Source of the DNA: Polymyxa betae A26-41
Lineage: Eukaryota; Protista; Endomyxa: Phytomyxea
Assembly: GCA_003693705.1 (NCBI GenBank)
Contig: RBZT01000654.1
Coordinates: 1 to 59,412, forward strand
DNA: 59,412 nt
Direction of reading: 5' to 3'
Shown: piece after piece, positions 12,242-26,757 of the stretch
Numbering within the stretch: the stretch's first letter is position 1
Layout: every line of letters begins with the position of its first letter
Program-made: the position numbers and the translations under genes
The notes under the pieces: model-generated
The model's database searches: none
The model's input: only the letters and a program-made list of their open reading frames with translations
Told to the model about the DNA's origin: nothing

Positions 12242-12970
12242 TTACTCAACATTTCGCAGCTCGTTTATAATATTATTGACTACTTCGATAGGCAAAGATT
12301 CCTGAGTCCTCGTCATTGGGAAGATCCCAACTGTGCGGCTTTGAATATCAAATCCGAAATTCTTGACCAATGGCCGCCATACTCTCATCCGAACCTACAG
12401 ACATTGATTATCAATCTGATTTCATAACAAGATTATCTACTGGACTCACATTCACAAACCAGTTGTTAACTTGACTAAAAGTGATGCCTGCTTCGGCAGC
12501 AAGGGCCTCCTTCTGCTGGTTATTAGGATACGGATGGGTAAGATTGGCCAAGAACCATCGTTTCATAACATTGCTGGATTCTGGGTTGTTTGCAATGACC
12601 GGAGTGTTTGACTCGGTATCAGCGTCGTGCAGCATCACCTGGAAAGACATTAACTGAGTAGATTCGCTTTCTGAATAATCACCTCTTGAAGTAATAAATT
12701 AAATAACTCAGTGAATCGTCTTCGTATCCGTACGATACAGGTAGCTAAGGCCATGCGCGGGACCCCTTGTGCAGCTTGAACCAGATCCCTACAGACTTCA
12801 TGGTAGCGCTCCTTGAGCATCGTTAAGTATGAATTCAGCTCCGGCCGAGACGGCACAGAGCATGACGCCGTTCCCTCCAGAGGCGAATGGATTAGCTGTT
12901 CGATGACCAGTGCCGATATCTGGCCGGGGGCAATCCCACAAGTATAGCCATTCCTCCTGGGTAAGGTCAT
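12242..12970 (-). CDS. TALE-class homeodomain transcription factor with a possible MEINOX-like N-terminal region
   Basis: MKRWFLANLTHPYPNNQQKEALAAEAGITFSQVNNWFVN|VRMRVWRPLV across a GT-AG intron. Upstream helical segment PELNSYLTMLKERYHEVCRDL. Start uncertain. Confidence 0.85.
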
Positions 12971-13287
12971 GCAGATAACATGCAAGCGTTGGGGACGTTC
13001 CTGCCGGGGTACTTCAAAGGTTCGTAGATCAAGTGGAAAATATCCAAAGAGTGATCGGAAGATCCGACCGTGACGGTGCCCAAATGGAAGAGCGTGCGGC
13101 GAAAAATAGGAAACTCTCTCCGTGTAAGTCTCCGGCGACAAGCTTTGACTATGATCGACAGAAAAGGCAGCAGATGTCAACTTTAAAAATTATTAGACAG
13201 TATATTCGGTAGATAAACAATCCAATCAGAGTATTAGACGCTTGAAAACAAACAAACAAAATACTGCAGAACATAATTTGACTTCAT

Positions 13288-14349
13288 TTAATGCTCCATC
13301 ACATCGGGCGAAGCGGCAGCCATAATTGCACTAACGGCTAGCGAAATCGATAGTAATTCGCGCCAGTAAGAGATATCAAAACGGGCTGGGATCAACAAGA
13401 CCAACGAAATGCCGAAAAAGGGAAGGACTAATTAGTATTAAGAGAGATATTAAGCCAATAGTAATACCATCGCATCTCTGTGAACGTCCATTAGGTCTTG
13501 CTTGCTGAGACCAGCCTCAAAATATTCTAAATGTGAATAGGGAACGAAACTTTTGTGATCCCGGTAACCAGGATTCAATGAGATTACTATGATCTGGTTC
13601 TTTCAAGATTACTATGATCTGGTTCTTTCAATTTCAATTTCAATACTTGTGCTTTCTCCGGAAGCCCTTTCCGACTGGATTTGCACTTCCCCTGAAGAAG
13701 GCACTATTTCATAATGCAGCGTCGAGACAGATCGAGCATCACGGGCCGGAAGCTCGGCCGGAAGCTCATAGCGACATAGAGGACATGTATTTCGAGTTTC
13801 TAGCCAAGGTATAATGCAATCGCGATGAAAGTAATGGTCCTAAATTGTGTCAACAGCTTGATTATTGCTTCCCGCATTACTGATGCTTACACAAGGTAGG
13901 TTTATCGCACTAAAACCAACTGCAAAATCGTCAAAGCAAACGGCGCAGGAGGATGCTTTGACAACAGGTTTCTCTAACAGGGATTCGAGAGTAACGCGGT
14001 CGGTTTTCCTGATTGCCGGATCCTCAATAACGTCCACATAAACCCATAGCAGACGAAATGGAAAGCCGAACAAGAAGCCGCGCGCGGCGACTCGAGGAGT
14101 GCTTTCAGTTTGCATGGTCTAACAAACGACCCTGAGAGAGACAAATGACCACCCGATCATAGGCTCGTCTCCAATCGATTCGAAAAGAGCCGTAAGCAAG
14201 AATGTTCTTAAAGCCATGACGTGGGATGCCTAATTTGAGCATTTCTGACAATGACTGGCGCGGGTTTATCACTTGACTGGGCGCCGACCAACGCATATTT
14301 TCAGCCAGTCAAGGATGGGTTTCAACAATGGGTTCCGCCATGACCACAT
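13288..14349 (-). CDS. RING-H2 E3 ubiquitin ligase, possibly with C-terminal membrane segments; multi-exon
   Basis: [19 protein letters not shown]|[27 protein letters not shown] spans an intron (~13750-13950). The RING is clear; the outer boundaries are tentative. Confidence 0.7.
13581..13630. repeat. Perfect 25-bp tandem duplication
   Basis: AGATTACTATGATCTGGTTCTTTCA at 13581-13605 and 13606-13630. Confidence 0.92.
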
Positions 14350-15218
14350 CAGTTATTTTATTCAAATTTTTTTAAGAACGTGTTGATATTTTGTCTTTGA
14401 TAATTCCGAGGCAGCCAATGATGGGCTATAATATATAATCCGAAAATATTTCCAGGCAAAAGATATGGTTAAGGGTAGGAGCTACTCCCAGCTTCAACTG
14501 TGAAATCTTACAATTTAAACTGACTCCGTGTGCTGGCGATTTGGTCGGGTGGCCACTGTGCCAACCAACCCTCTATTTTGGCTTCTTATATAATTGGAAT
14601 CTTTGGCAATTAGTCTTTTCAGTGTTCCCGATGCGCGAGCTCTCGAAGTGAACGTCAGACTGTTCTGAACACAATCAACTGGCGAAAGATCACTTGAGAT
14701 CTATTATCGCTTATATTCGGAATCTACCGTATGCAAGCGAACGATAGCATGCCAAAGCGCGCAATGTGATAATGTTCTATTCGCTAGAAACGCTGCCACA
14801 GATTTGATTGGAAGTGCCGTAGTATCTTACGACTCTACAGCGATTCATCGCTTTATAACATTGAGCTATGCGCCTGTTAGCCATAATCGGTGTGTTAGCA
14901 GTGGCATATTTCGGGTATCAGACGCATGCTCGTAACAAACGTCGTGCTGCATACGAAAAGGAATGCATTCGCTTGATGAAAGCCCTTCTTGAAGAGCTGA
15001 AAGCCCGGGGACCGGAATCGATCAAGAAAGGAGGGATTGCTGAGTGATCCTGCATTCAATTCAAGCAACGCAAATTTCATTTACATTTGCCAAATAGGAT
15101 GACACGAACAAAATGCTAACGAATAAGATCAGCAAACGGCTTGATTTTTCCACGTCCACTAACATTATATCTTGTAGAACTTTGAATAATAGAAAAACGA
15201 TAAAGAGAAACAATGGAT

Positions 15219-17048
<1,830 letters not shown>

Positions 17049-18884
17049 GATTTAGGTTATAGGCGGCCAACGCCTGGAGGACTTCAAGAGACGGTTCGAG
17101 CGACAAGGAAGTCGCTTAAGGAAGTAGGGAGATGAGAAACAATGGGAAGCCTCTGGCCTCCTTTGATAGATACAGAACGATTACGCAGTCCGACTTGGAA
17201 ATCTGTGGAGAATTTACTTCAGATACTATCAAAGCAGTTTTGAGAAGATTTCTAGGTTTTTGTATTTTGATAGCCTCGAGGTTATTTTGATTTGAAGACG
17301 TTGAACCCATCAAATTCCATGATTTGATAGACGGTCAGTAAGAAGCAAGTATCATAATGTTAAATCGAATCTTTTATATCGATAGTATATGCAGCTTCAA
17401 ATTTTTCGTTTCACCTCCATGATGAAATTAGACCGAACTTGCCACTGTAACTAAGGTTATTTGCAACAGTACTGCTACAGAAATCACCTTATGAGTTTAT
17501 ATACAAGCCTTATTGTCAATGCAAGTTAGAATTGCAGCTCTAAATGTCGTCAACGGCAAGCTGCCAGCATCAGGTTTTAGTTTCAATTTGTGGTGATTTT
17601 GCACAAACCATAAGAGGTCACCATGAAAGAATTCAAATTTCCACCGATTCATTGCAAGCTATCCAACCGACGATTTGGATATGGCAAAGCTTCAATCCGA
17701 TCCGTTCTGGAATGTAGGCTTTAATTTTTGACAGCATCTGATTGAAGACTGTGATTGATAGGAGCTTGATTTCTTCTTTTGATGACGAGAGGCAAGCGCC
17801 GAACGAATTCCAATATCGACGTCGATTTAGAAGTGACTCCCAGAACACGAAATACGTCAACCATTATTACTCGTAAGCCAATCACATCAAAGTGAGACTT
17901 GAAGTACTTCGGCCAACCTATCATTGCATTAGCAGTGGTGATATATGATCCTGATTTTAAAAATGCCCAGCAGCTCTGGTGGTTATCAGAGAGGCACATA
18001 TCAACCTGGTGGCGGCAACAACGCTTCGAATCTTGCCATTGCAAATACTTTGAACCGTTTCAGTGAGACCCTAGCACGGCTTGCTGAACAAGACATCTTG
18101 CAACCAACGATTACGAATGCGAGCATGGTATCGAGATCGTTGAAATATCGTGGACTGAAGAGTGAAATTCTTTTCGTACAAAAACTCCATCTCCATTGTT
18201 AGTGTTGAAACGAGTTGATTGCAGAAAACAGAGCGACTGATTTAGTGCAATGAATGGGATTGTGTCTTCCGCCCTTAAATCAGCAACGATTCAGGACAGG
18301 GACTCATCAATATCAGGAAAACAGTTGCAGACGCATGAACAATTCTATGGTTTGGCGTTTTCAGGAAACAATCCAATTAGTTAGACTTTTTTCCCTTGAA
18401 TATAGCCAGACTTTGAATTGGATTTTTGATAGGGTTCAAATTGGATTATGGATCAAGTCGATTATCTGTTTGTTGGCACCGCTCGGTGGGCACGACAGTT
18501 TTCAAAGATTGTCTAGACAATATATGAAGCTGACAAGTATCTTTGTTCATGAACGTCAAACTATCGAAACCTCAACATTGTTATCAACGTTTGGCGAGGG
18601 CGGCGGCGCAGGCAATTTTGAGTTCTCTCGTTTTAAGAATGTTGATTGATTATGGGTTCAATCAATCACAGACGCATGTCGCAGGATTGTTGTAGAGGGT
18701 TACGCCATACGCTGAACAGGCTACTGATTAATTTACTGTAAGTAGAGCTATAAAACCATCAGTACCTTCTGCTGACCAAAATCATGACAGCTGGCATTCT
18801 CACTATTCTGCTGCAGTCCCGCCTGCATATCTTCATTTCAGTCTCGCGCGTGCCTAGGGCCTTGGCCTGTGGTGCATCGGCTCG

Positions 18885-21800
18885 ATGGCGTCTACAACTA
18901 TGCCTGACGAGCTAGCGCGCATCGAAGCCCTCGCGTTAGATTTATATTCACCAGCATCCTCTCCTACAGCTCGTAGCACTGCTCGGCTAAGCTTAAGTCC
19001 TGTAGCGTCGTCACCCTCCTTTTTATCGCACTGCCATGTGCTTCTTCAACGCTCTTCCTCACCTGAAGCTCTTCTATTCGCTTGCAATACCCTTTACGAG
19101 CTAATCTCAACATATTTTACCAAACTAAGCTTATATGATATCTTGTCCCTACAGCAATCGGTTCTTACATTATTAACGTCTTCTTCCTCGCAACCACAGT
19201 TTGTTCGATCTTCAGCTATTCGCCTACTATGTCGCTTAACCAAGCTCGCTTGGCTCCAGCACAACGAACACAAGCGTATTTTTAAATCAGCAATTGGTCC
19301 TATTCTGTCATGCCAAACTCAACTTGGCCTTCAGATACTCGACGAACTTATAGTCGAATTCTTCACTAACACGTCAACTATGTTACTGATTGACAATCGT
19401 CGCATAGCTACCAATTTTCGCATCGATTTTTTGCATGAGATCGCCTGTATCTCTGCAAAGTTAATTGCAGACAAATCGGTTCGTGCTTATGCCATACGAG
19501 TTTTATGCCGGGCCCTGACAGCGAACACAACGGTTTCTTTAGCAGAAGAATCCCTTGAAGACGGTGGTTCTCTGATGCTTTCTGACAAGTGGGCTGATAC
19601 GATTGCCAATCCTCGAGTGATCGAAAATTACGCCAATTTCTGTGTTGAAGCTCCTGAAGTAATCGAAGTTTTGGCGACTATGGCTCGAATAAGGCGGTCA
19701 TTGTGGGCAAGCGCTGCCCGTGAGGAATGGGTTAAGGCAATGATGCTAGCGACACAAACATTCGCGACTAGGGCCACTACTATTTTGGCTACCCCTAATG
19801 CCCAAGAGCAGTTCGCTCAGTTGCTTATGAACTTGAAAATGACATTCCAGTTGACCGATTTTTTTGCTATATCTGATGCTCAACAATGGCTTTCTGCTAT
19901 GGGTGATATAACAATTTTGATCTGGAGTCGTACTGGTAATGATCGATCGATGGTGTCATTGCTTAAGTTCTGGTCGGGGGTTGCAAAGGCACGTCGCAAC
20001 CCGCCATCTTCTGCGCCGGAATATGAAGCTGATCGACAAATTGCTCGCCTTGCTCTGCGGTTTTTAGAGTTGCAATGTGAAGCGCACTACCGTGCAGATA
20101 TAGAAGACCAGGACGTCATCGTGGAAGAACTCGACAGCTACGCTGTCATGTTTCATCATGACTGCAGCGCAGTATTGCCTGCTCTTCATAGTCAATTTGA
20201 AAAGGCATTGCATAACCAAGCCTATCAATGTCTAAGTTGGATAGCTGCACTCAGTACGCAAATCGTTGCACAACAGAAAACTCCAAGCTGTGGAGAGCTT
20301 CGTGGAAAAATCGATGCAAGTATCACGATTCGTATTCTACAGCTTCTGCAGGAACCCAGTTTGCAAAAAAATAGGGGGATTCAGATTCATGTAGTCTTAT
20401 TCCTAGATGAAATCAGACATACTTATTTCTCTGACAGCAGTCGCGTTTTCAGTGCAAACCAGCAGGCTGCCAATAGTGCTGTAAGCTCTGCCCTGAACAC
20501 TTAGTCCCTATATCTCATTCGAATTTAGTTTTTTGCCCATCTAACAGAATTATGTTCAAGAACGATGACGATGGAAGTCCTGGTTACTCTGTTGATACCT
20601 GCTATCGGCCGCTTGGTCAGCATTTTCGGCACTTCTGCCGTTGCTGAAGAGCAGCTTATTGCTGAAGAGGCAGCCGATCTAATCGTCTCTATCACATCCG
20701 GCCCTTCTGGAGAAAGCGTTCTTCGTCATTGCAGCTTAGCTGATATGCTTATGCCTTTAGCCCAGGTTTGCTCTGTTCGAATATTACGTCGTCATTCTGA
20801 GATTTTGTTTAGAAAACATCTGCGCTGGCACTGAGGACGAAATTGGCTGCCTGTCTGAGCCATTCTTTAATCAGCAACTGCCCGGAACAGTCGGATGATG
20901 ATGATCACATAGCTTCCCAATGCAATCTGTTATTCCAGACAAGACTAAATGAACTCTCGTCGTGTAGTAATTACGAAAGTTTAAGTCGTTTTGCTGAATC
21001 TGATTTGGTTGCATTGATATGTGATTTAAATGGAATGGCACATGCCGTTCAAGCTCATGCGAAATTCGATGCATTTTGGCTGTTTTTGGAACATCATACG
21101 CCCCTCTTTATCACTATCATGTATGTCATGACTCTCTGAGTTACTGAATCTGTTATTTAATTTGCTGGCTGTCAGGCGCCATCATACCTCGTTAACCTTC
21201 CGAAAAGCAATGCTCGATTTCCTTCGCACGATTACCAATCATAATACGGTTGACCCTTTCGGTCCCGTCTCATCTTCTGGACTCCGATTAGTTAAAAGCC
21301 TTGCTCCGATTCTTGAAGTTTTCGCCGAATCAGCTGTTCAAAGAACCGAAGCCGGGAGCTCTCCCTCCGTTTCGTTACAATCCTCATCTCCTCGTGAAGC
21401 TGGCAGTCCGTTGCCATCTCCTGTCGGTAACAGAGACCTGATATCAGGCCATGAAGATGGCATCGAATGTTTAGAAATGTACTTCGATGTAGTCGCCGGA
21501 ATCCTCTCAGGCAGCTGGGTACAAACCGGCGTCATGAAGCTGTATGGCGATGCGACTCCTTGCAACTTGATTTCTCAATCTTTGGCTGTCGCTGTTAATG
21601 GTATTATACCTTTCAAAGATCTCGTATCCATTGCAGGCACAAAACGAGCGGTTTTGCAGTTATTCACAATCCTGGGCGACCTCTATATAGATCAACTGAT
21701 GACAGATCTGAGTTTGGAGGATCGGAATATCTTACTTCAGACTTTTTTGATGCTATCTCTGGAACTGAAAGACTACACCGCAATCGACTGTTTATCGCCA

Positions 21801-22157
21801 TTGTTATCCGCACCAGCATTTCTACCGGAAAATGTTGCAGTCCAAGCATTCGAAATGCTCTTAGATTCGGTTTTATTCGAGTCTGTAGATATCACAAAGA
21901 TCTCACGTCCGCTTTTTCCACTAATATTAAGGCAACCAGGAGACTGTCTTTTATTATATAGGTCCAGAATTCTCGAACGAAACCCAGGCAATCAGTCTGC
22001 AATAGTCGCTTCTTTCAACGAATTAACAGATGGCCTTTATCCAAAGATGTCTTCGACCAAGCCGCATCTTTCTCTCTTTAGCCAAAACATATCTAAAGCC
22101 AAAGCAACATTAAATAGCGCTGGGATCTACGCTGCTCCAGGAGCGAGAATACAATAG
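18885..22157 (+). CDS. Exportin-7/RanBP16-like karyopherin (divergent); multi-exon
   Basis: N-terminus ELARIEALALDLY...LSHCHVLLQRSSSP, LLCRLTKLAW, RRIATNFR, RIRRSLW, GVMKLYGD and SRPLFPLIL resemble XPO7 motifs. Long alpha-helical ORFs. Confidence 0.8.
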
Positions 22158-22442
22158 CAATTGGTTAAAACTCAAAACCAGACAATCAATCCAAGTATTT
22201 ACACTTGACTAGAGCCAAAAATGTTTTATCTTGGTAGATGTGGGATTTAAATGCAACCGTTTTTCAGTTCCCTGTTGTTTAACTTTTTGAGTTTATCAAT
22301 CAGATAAAGGATGCATCGCCATTTGACTTGGTGAAAAGTTCTCAAAAAAATTTGAAATTTGGCAACGCAACTTGTTACACTCCGACTATCCGTTCCACTG
22401 CCCTTGGCCCTTGCTTAGCATCATCTCTGAATTGCTTAAGAA

Positions 22443-23038
22443 ATGGCATCCTGGCTGTCTATATTGTCGTCCATATCTCCATATGCATGGGCGTCCATGG
22501 GAATCGGAGCGGCACTCGGCTTGTCCATTATCGGTGCCGGCTGGGGAATTATGCTCACAGGAAGCAGTTTGCTCGGAGCTGCAGTCAAGTCGCCTCGTAT
22601 TCGTTCTAAAAATCTAGTTTCCGTTATTTTCTGCGAAGCGACAGCGATCTATGGCAAGAGATTAACTCGACGCTTTGCGCTTTGCTAACCGAGGCACATA
22701 GGCGTGATCATGGCCATTATTATGTTGGGTAAAATGCAAGACACTGAAACAATCACACCGAAAAGTTATTATTCTGGCTACTCATTATTCTGGTCTGGCA
22801 TTACGGTTGGCGTTGCTAATCTGGCATGTGGGATCTGTGTTGGGATCACAGGCAGCGGCGCAGCTCTTGCTGACGCACAAGAAGCCTCTATGTTCGTGAA
22901 AATCCTCATCGTGGAGATCTTCGGTTCAGCTCTTGGGCTTTTCGGTGTAATCGGTAAACCTACTTCGATTTTGCAATCGTGTTATTCATCTTAAACACAG
23001 TCGCCATCATACAATGCTCTAAAGCTTCATTTGAGTAA
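22443..23038 (+). CDS. VMA16: V-type ATPase V0 proteolipid subunit c''
   Basis: [11 protein letters not shown]...GAGWGI...[66 protein letters not shown]. Two short introns. Confidence 0.95.
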
Positions 23039-23143
23039 AATGTCGATTGCATCGCTGACATAACTCAGTTGCAAACATTGTGACTTTAATTCGAAACCAA
23101 ACCGCCGATCCACAATATGTATAAATTATTAGAAACTTGAAAT

Positions 23144-23567
23144 TTAAGCCTTTCGAATCATTTTGAGCTGTTTCTTAGTCATCTTCTTGATTTTCTTCGT
23201 ATCCGTAATCTGGAGAAAATTTAAGTTCTCGAAAAGTTTCATGAAACGATGGTCTTACCACTTGAACAATTTCAGACTTCTTTTCGTTCTCTTCTTTCAT
23301 TTTTCTCTTCTGCTCCCTTCGTCGTCGCATTTCTCGCTTCTCTTCTTTCACCTTCTCTAACATGGCCTCATATTCCGTACGGGCAGCCAGCAGCTGAGTT
23401 TTCCGCTCTTGACGTTGGGCAAATGACGATTTCAGCGAGCCAATACGTTTCGTTGCCGAATGTCGCTGCTTTTCGATCGTTTTCCAGACACGACCATTGA
23501 CAGGGCGCGATCGAGGAAGCGAATCCGCCTGCAGCGGCGTTACGACGTCCAGATTTTCCACTTCCAT
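23144..23567 (-). CDS. CCDC86/Cgr1-family nucleolar rRNA-processing coiled-coil protein
   Basis: PVNGRVWK...SSFAQRQE...ENEKKSEIVQV|ITDTKKIKKMTKKQLKMIRKA after one intron. Confidence 0.82.
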
Positions 23568-23636
23568 TAGTGACGGATCAGTACGGCGGACTGCGTCACG
23601 CGGTCTCGGACATCCTTAGGACTTCCAGATTCCTTC

Positions 23637-24544
23637 ATGGTGAATGCCGCCCAAGAACTTGCCCTGAAGGCAGCAGCGCTGGTTGAACAGCTTCAGGTAA
23701 ATCGAATTTCGCCGATTCCATCCATATTGTCCTAATTTAAATCCAGCCAGAACAATCGTTGGAATTTTTTCAACAGGCTTTACAATTAGAGCCAAAAAAT
23801 GTCACGATTTTAGATCAGTATGCGGATTGTTTAATTGAAGTCGGGCGTGACCAGGAAGCCCAGCAAATTCTGCAGACAAGCATTGAATTGGCGCCATTTG
23901 AGAACCCTTTTAAATATATGAATCTGGGCCAACTGCTCTCGGGTCTTCAAGCACTGGAATGCTTCAAGAAAGGCACCGAGCTTATGATGCAGCTGCCGGT
24001 TAGCGACGAGATCAAGACGCGCCTGGCGTCGGGTCTCTGTTCGATGGCCGAATTATATATGACCGATTTGTGTGATGAGCCCAATGCAGAAAGCGCCTGC
24101 GAAGCTTTGCTTTACAGGGCGGCGGAACTGTCATCGGGCTCCATCGACGTCCATCAATCGTTGGCCAGCTTGCGTCTGATTCAGGAGCGCTTCGAAGAAG
24201 CGTCTTCCTACATTTCGAGATGTCTTGAACTGATTGACAACGAGGACGAAGACGACAGCAGCATCTCTTTCGAGATGAGATTGGATCTTGCTAAAATGTG
24301 CATCGAACTGGATCGGTATTCGGACGCCCTTGATCTAATCGATCGATGCCTATGTGACGACGATACGGTAGCAGAGCTCTGGGTTCTGGCAGGGCTTTGC
24401 TATATTAAAGAAGACGATCTCGACAACGCTCAAGAGTTCTTGGGACGCGGCCAGCAGATTCTGTCCAATGAGCCCGACGATGCTCTCCAGGCTGAGCTCG
24501 ACGCAATGCTGAAGGAACTCCAGCAGAAGCAGAGGGCGATCTAA
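23637..24544 (+). CDS. ACL4: TPR protein, Acl4-like assembly chaperone of Rpl4
   Basis: TPRs plus KYMNLGQLLSG and LCSMAELYMTDLCDEPNAESACE, QSLASLRLIQ. One 5' intron. Confidence 0.8.
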
Positions 24545-24741
24545 AATTATAGTGAGCCAATCCCTTCTTTATTGTCTAAGTTTTTCTTTATAATATAACT
24601 TTATTTGTTGAACGAGTCGGCCGACCTGTCATCATGAGAAAATTGCAGCAGTCGATCAGGCCTGATTAATCGCATATAGTGCGAGAGAGTGGTGATGTCG
24701 TCATTTCTCTAACTGACGCCCGGAGCCCTGGTCGTAGGGCG

Positions 24742-26757
24742 ATGGAGATCCCGCCCGAGTCATTGCCAATCTTCGCCCGGCAGACCTTGTCGTCATTTCG
24801 CGAGCCGTCTGTTCGCCTGATCGTCGTGATCGGCGCCGGGATTGCCGGATTGGCCGCTGCCCGCCGTCTACGATCGCTGCATTACGGCGTCGTTATCCTG
24901 GAAGCTCGCGATCGCTGTATACAGATAATAATTATTTCTTTTATAATTTACAGTACTTTCTTAGACGGTGGTCGCATTTTCAGTGATCGTAATGCCATTG
25001 ACTTGTCTTCGAATTACATTGGAGATATGGAGCATAATTCGGCACTATTCGAGCTCTGCGACTCGATCGATTATGATCTTTCCAAAAAGCTTGTCGAGCT
25101 AAAAAGCCACGATGCACTAGCGTATGTCTGCTGATTTCAGTTCAGAAATCTGGAACTAATTGTCGACATTTTTATCAGATAGATATCCGATTTCGGGCTC
25201 TTCACTATCGCTTTATTATCTTCGTTCCGGATTCCGACCGATTCTCGCTCTGCTCGCGGCTGATCTTAACATCAAGTACAATGAGACGGTTGTCGAGATT
25301 GACGCCATCGACCAGGCGCCATTTGTCGTTGTGAAAACAGAATCCGGGCAGAGTTTTGTCGCGGATGGGGTGGTCTGCACAGTTCCGATATCGTTATTGA
25401 AAGTAAGTTGATATATTTGACAACGTTCGAGGTTTAAAACCCTGAAATAGGAGGGCATGATTAATTTCATTCCATCTCCGTTTGGCGATGGTCTTGACGA
25501 TATCACGATGGAACCACTCAATAATGTGATCATGGAATTCCCAGAAATTTTCTGGCCTAGTCTGCCAGATACATTCACGCTGGGGTCGCAGATTGTTTTT
25601 CAGAGCCTTTCTCGATGTAAAGGTTTGCCAGTTCTGACAGTGACAACGTCAGACCCGTATCACGAGCAGGTTCGGATTACTTTGTATAAGCAATTTCATA
25701 ATATCAATTTATTACCAGGCATCAGTTGACGAACTCGTTAATATCATTATGGAGATTGTATGGAGCGAGTTTCCCGATGCTCCGTATCCTACCGCTGCCG
25801 TTCGCACAGCCTGGGGCGGCGATAAATTCGCGAAAGGCGCCTTTCCAAGGAGGTGCCATACACTGTTGCATTATATCGAAGTTTTATTAATAGCAAAGCA
25901 GATTGAATAAGTCGAGCGGTTCTTCAAGCTGGTGGAAATCCGAAGTCACTGCAGCGTCGCCGTTAACATTTGCTGGTGACGCTTGTACTAATCATCGAAT
26001 CGGCAATATTCAGAGCGCGATCAAATCTGCCTGGGCGGCCACCAAACACCTACACGACTTTCTTGGAAAATTATCGCCACGATTCCCGCCTTCCTCGTTC
26101 ACTGTCTCGTGTAAAAGCAACTCGAACGAGTTTCCGGTTTCGGCTATCCTGGTAGATTCAGCGTCGCCTCCCGGAGCTTCAAATATCGATAAGTCCGAAC
26201 TCGTCGAAGAGCCAGTCGACAAAGTGGAGCCGGTACGACCGCTCGAACAGCCGTTAGAAGAACCAATGGAAGTGGAGCCTGAGTCGAATTTGAACGTTCG
26301 TTCACCTGGCAGGCCGGCATCGGAAGACGAGAGAGGCGAAGCGCCTTCCATGCATGATGCCGAGCAGCCGGATGCGAAACGGGAGCGTAAGTCTAGGAGT
26401 AAATCAGGCGTCAAGAATTCATCAACGAATGAGAAGGATGAATCTTCGAAAAAGGAACGAGGCGGAACCAAGGTTCGGTCAAAATGGTTTCACGATGAGC
26501 TTTTGTGGCTTAAATCTTCATAGGCAATAGCTAAGTATATAGCAAGATTGGTGAAGGAAATGGGACCGTCATTAAAACCGAAACACGCCGAATACATTCA
26601 GAGCCGTGTTACCGAGCGAATGGTTGAGGAATGGAAGGCCAAAGGTCAGATCGCCGAGTTCCTTACAAGCGAGCGCAAGCAACGTATTCGTCATTTCGTA
26701 CAGAAATACATCGATGCACGAAGTAAGCCTGCTTCTCAATCTAATCAAGCGTCATAA
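24742..26757 (+). CDS. Flavin-dependent amine oxidase (LSD1/PAO fold, divergent) fused to a C-terminal SRI-like domain; multi-exon
   Basis: VVVIGAGIAGLAAARRL...ILEARDR..GGRI, ADGVVCTVPISLLK, TAWGGDKFAKGAF, FAGDAC, then a low-complexity linker and AIAKYIARLV...IAEFLTSERKQRIRHFVQKYI. Confidence 0.75.

Noticed and set aside
17100-18800. Possible gene(s) between SRP54 and exportin-7 (e.g. MPSSSGGYQRG...)
   Set aside because: Fragmentary frames on both strands with no recognisable family.
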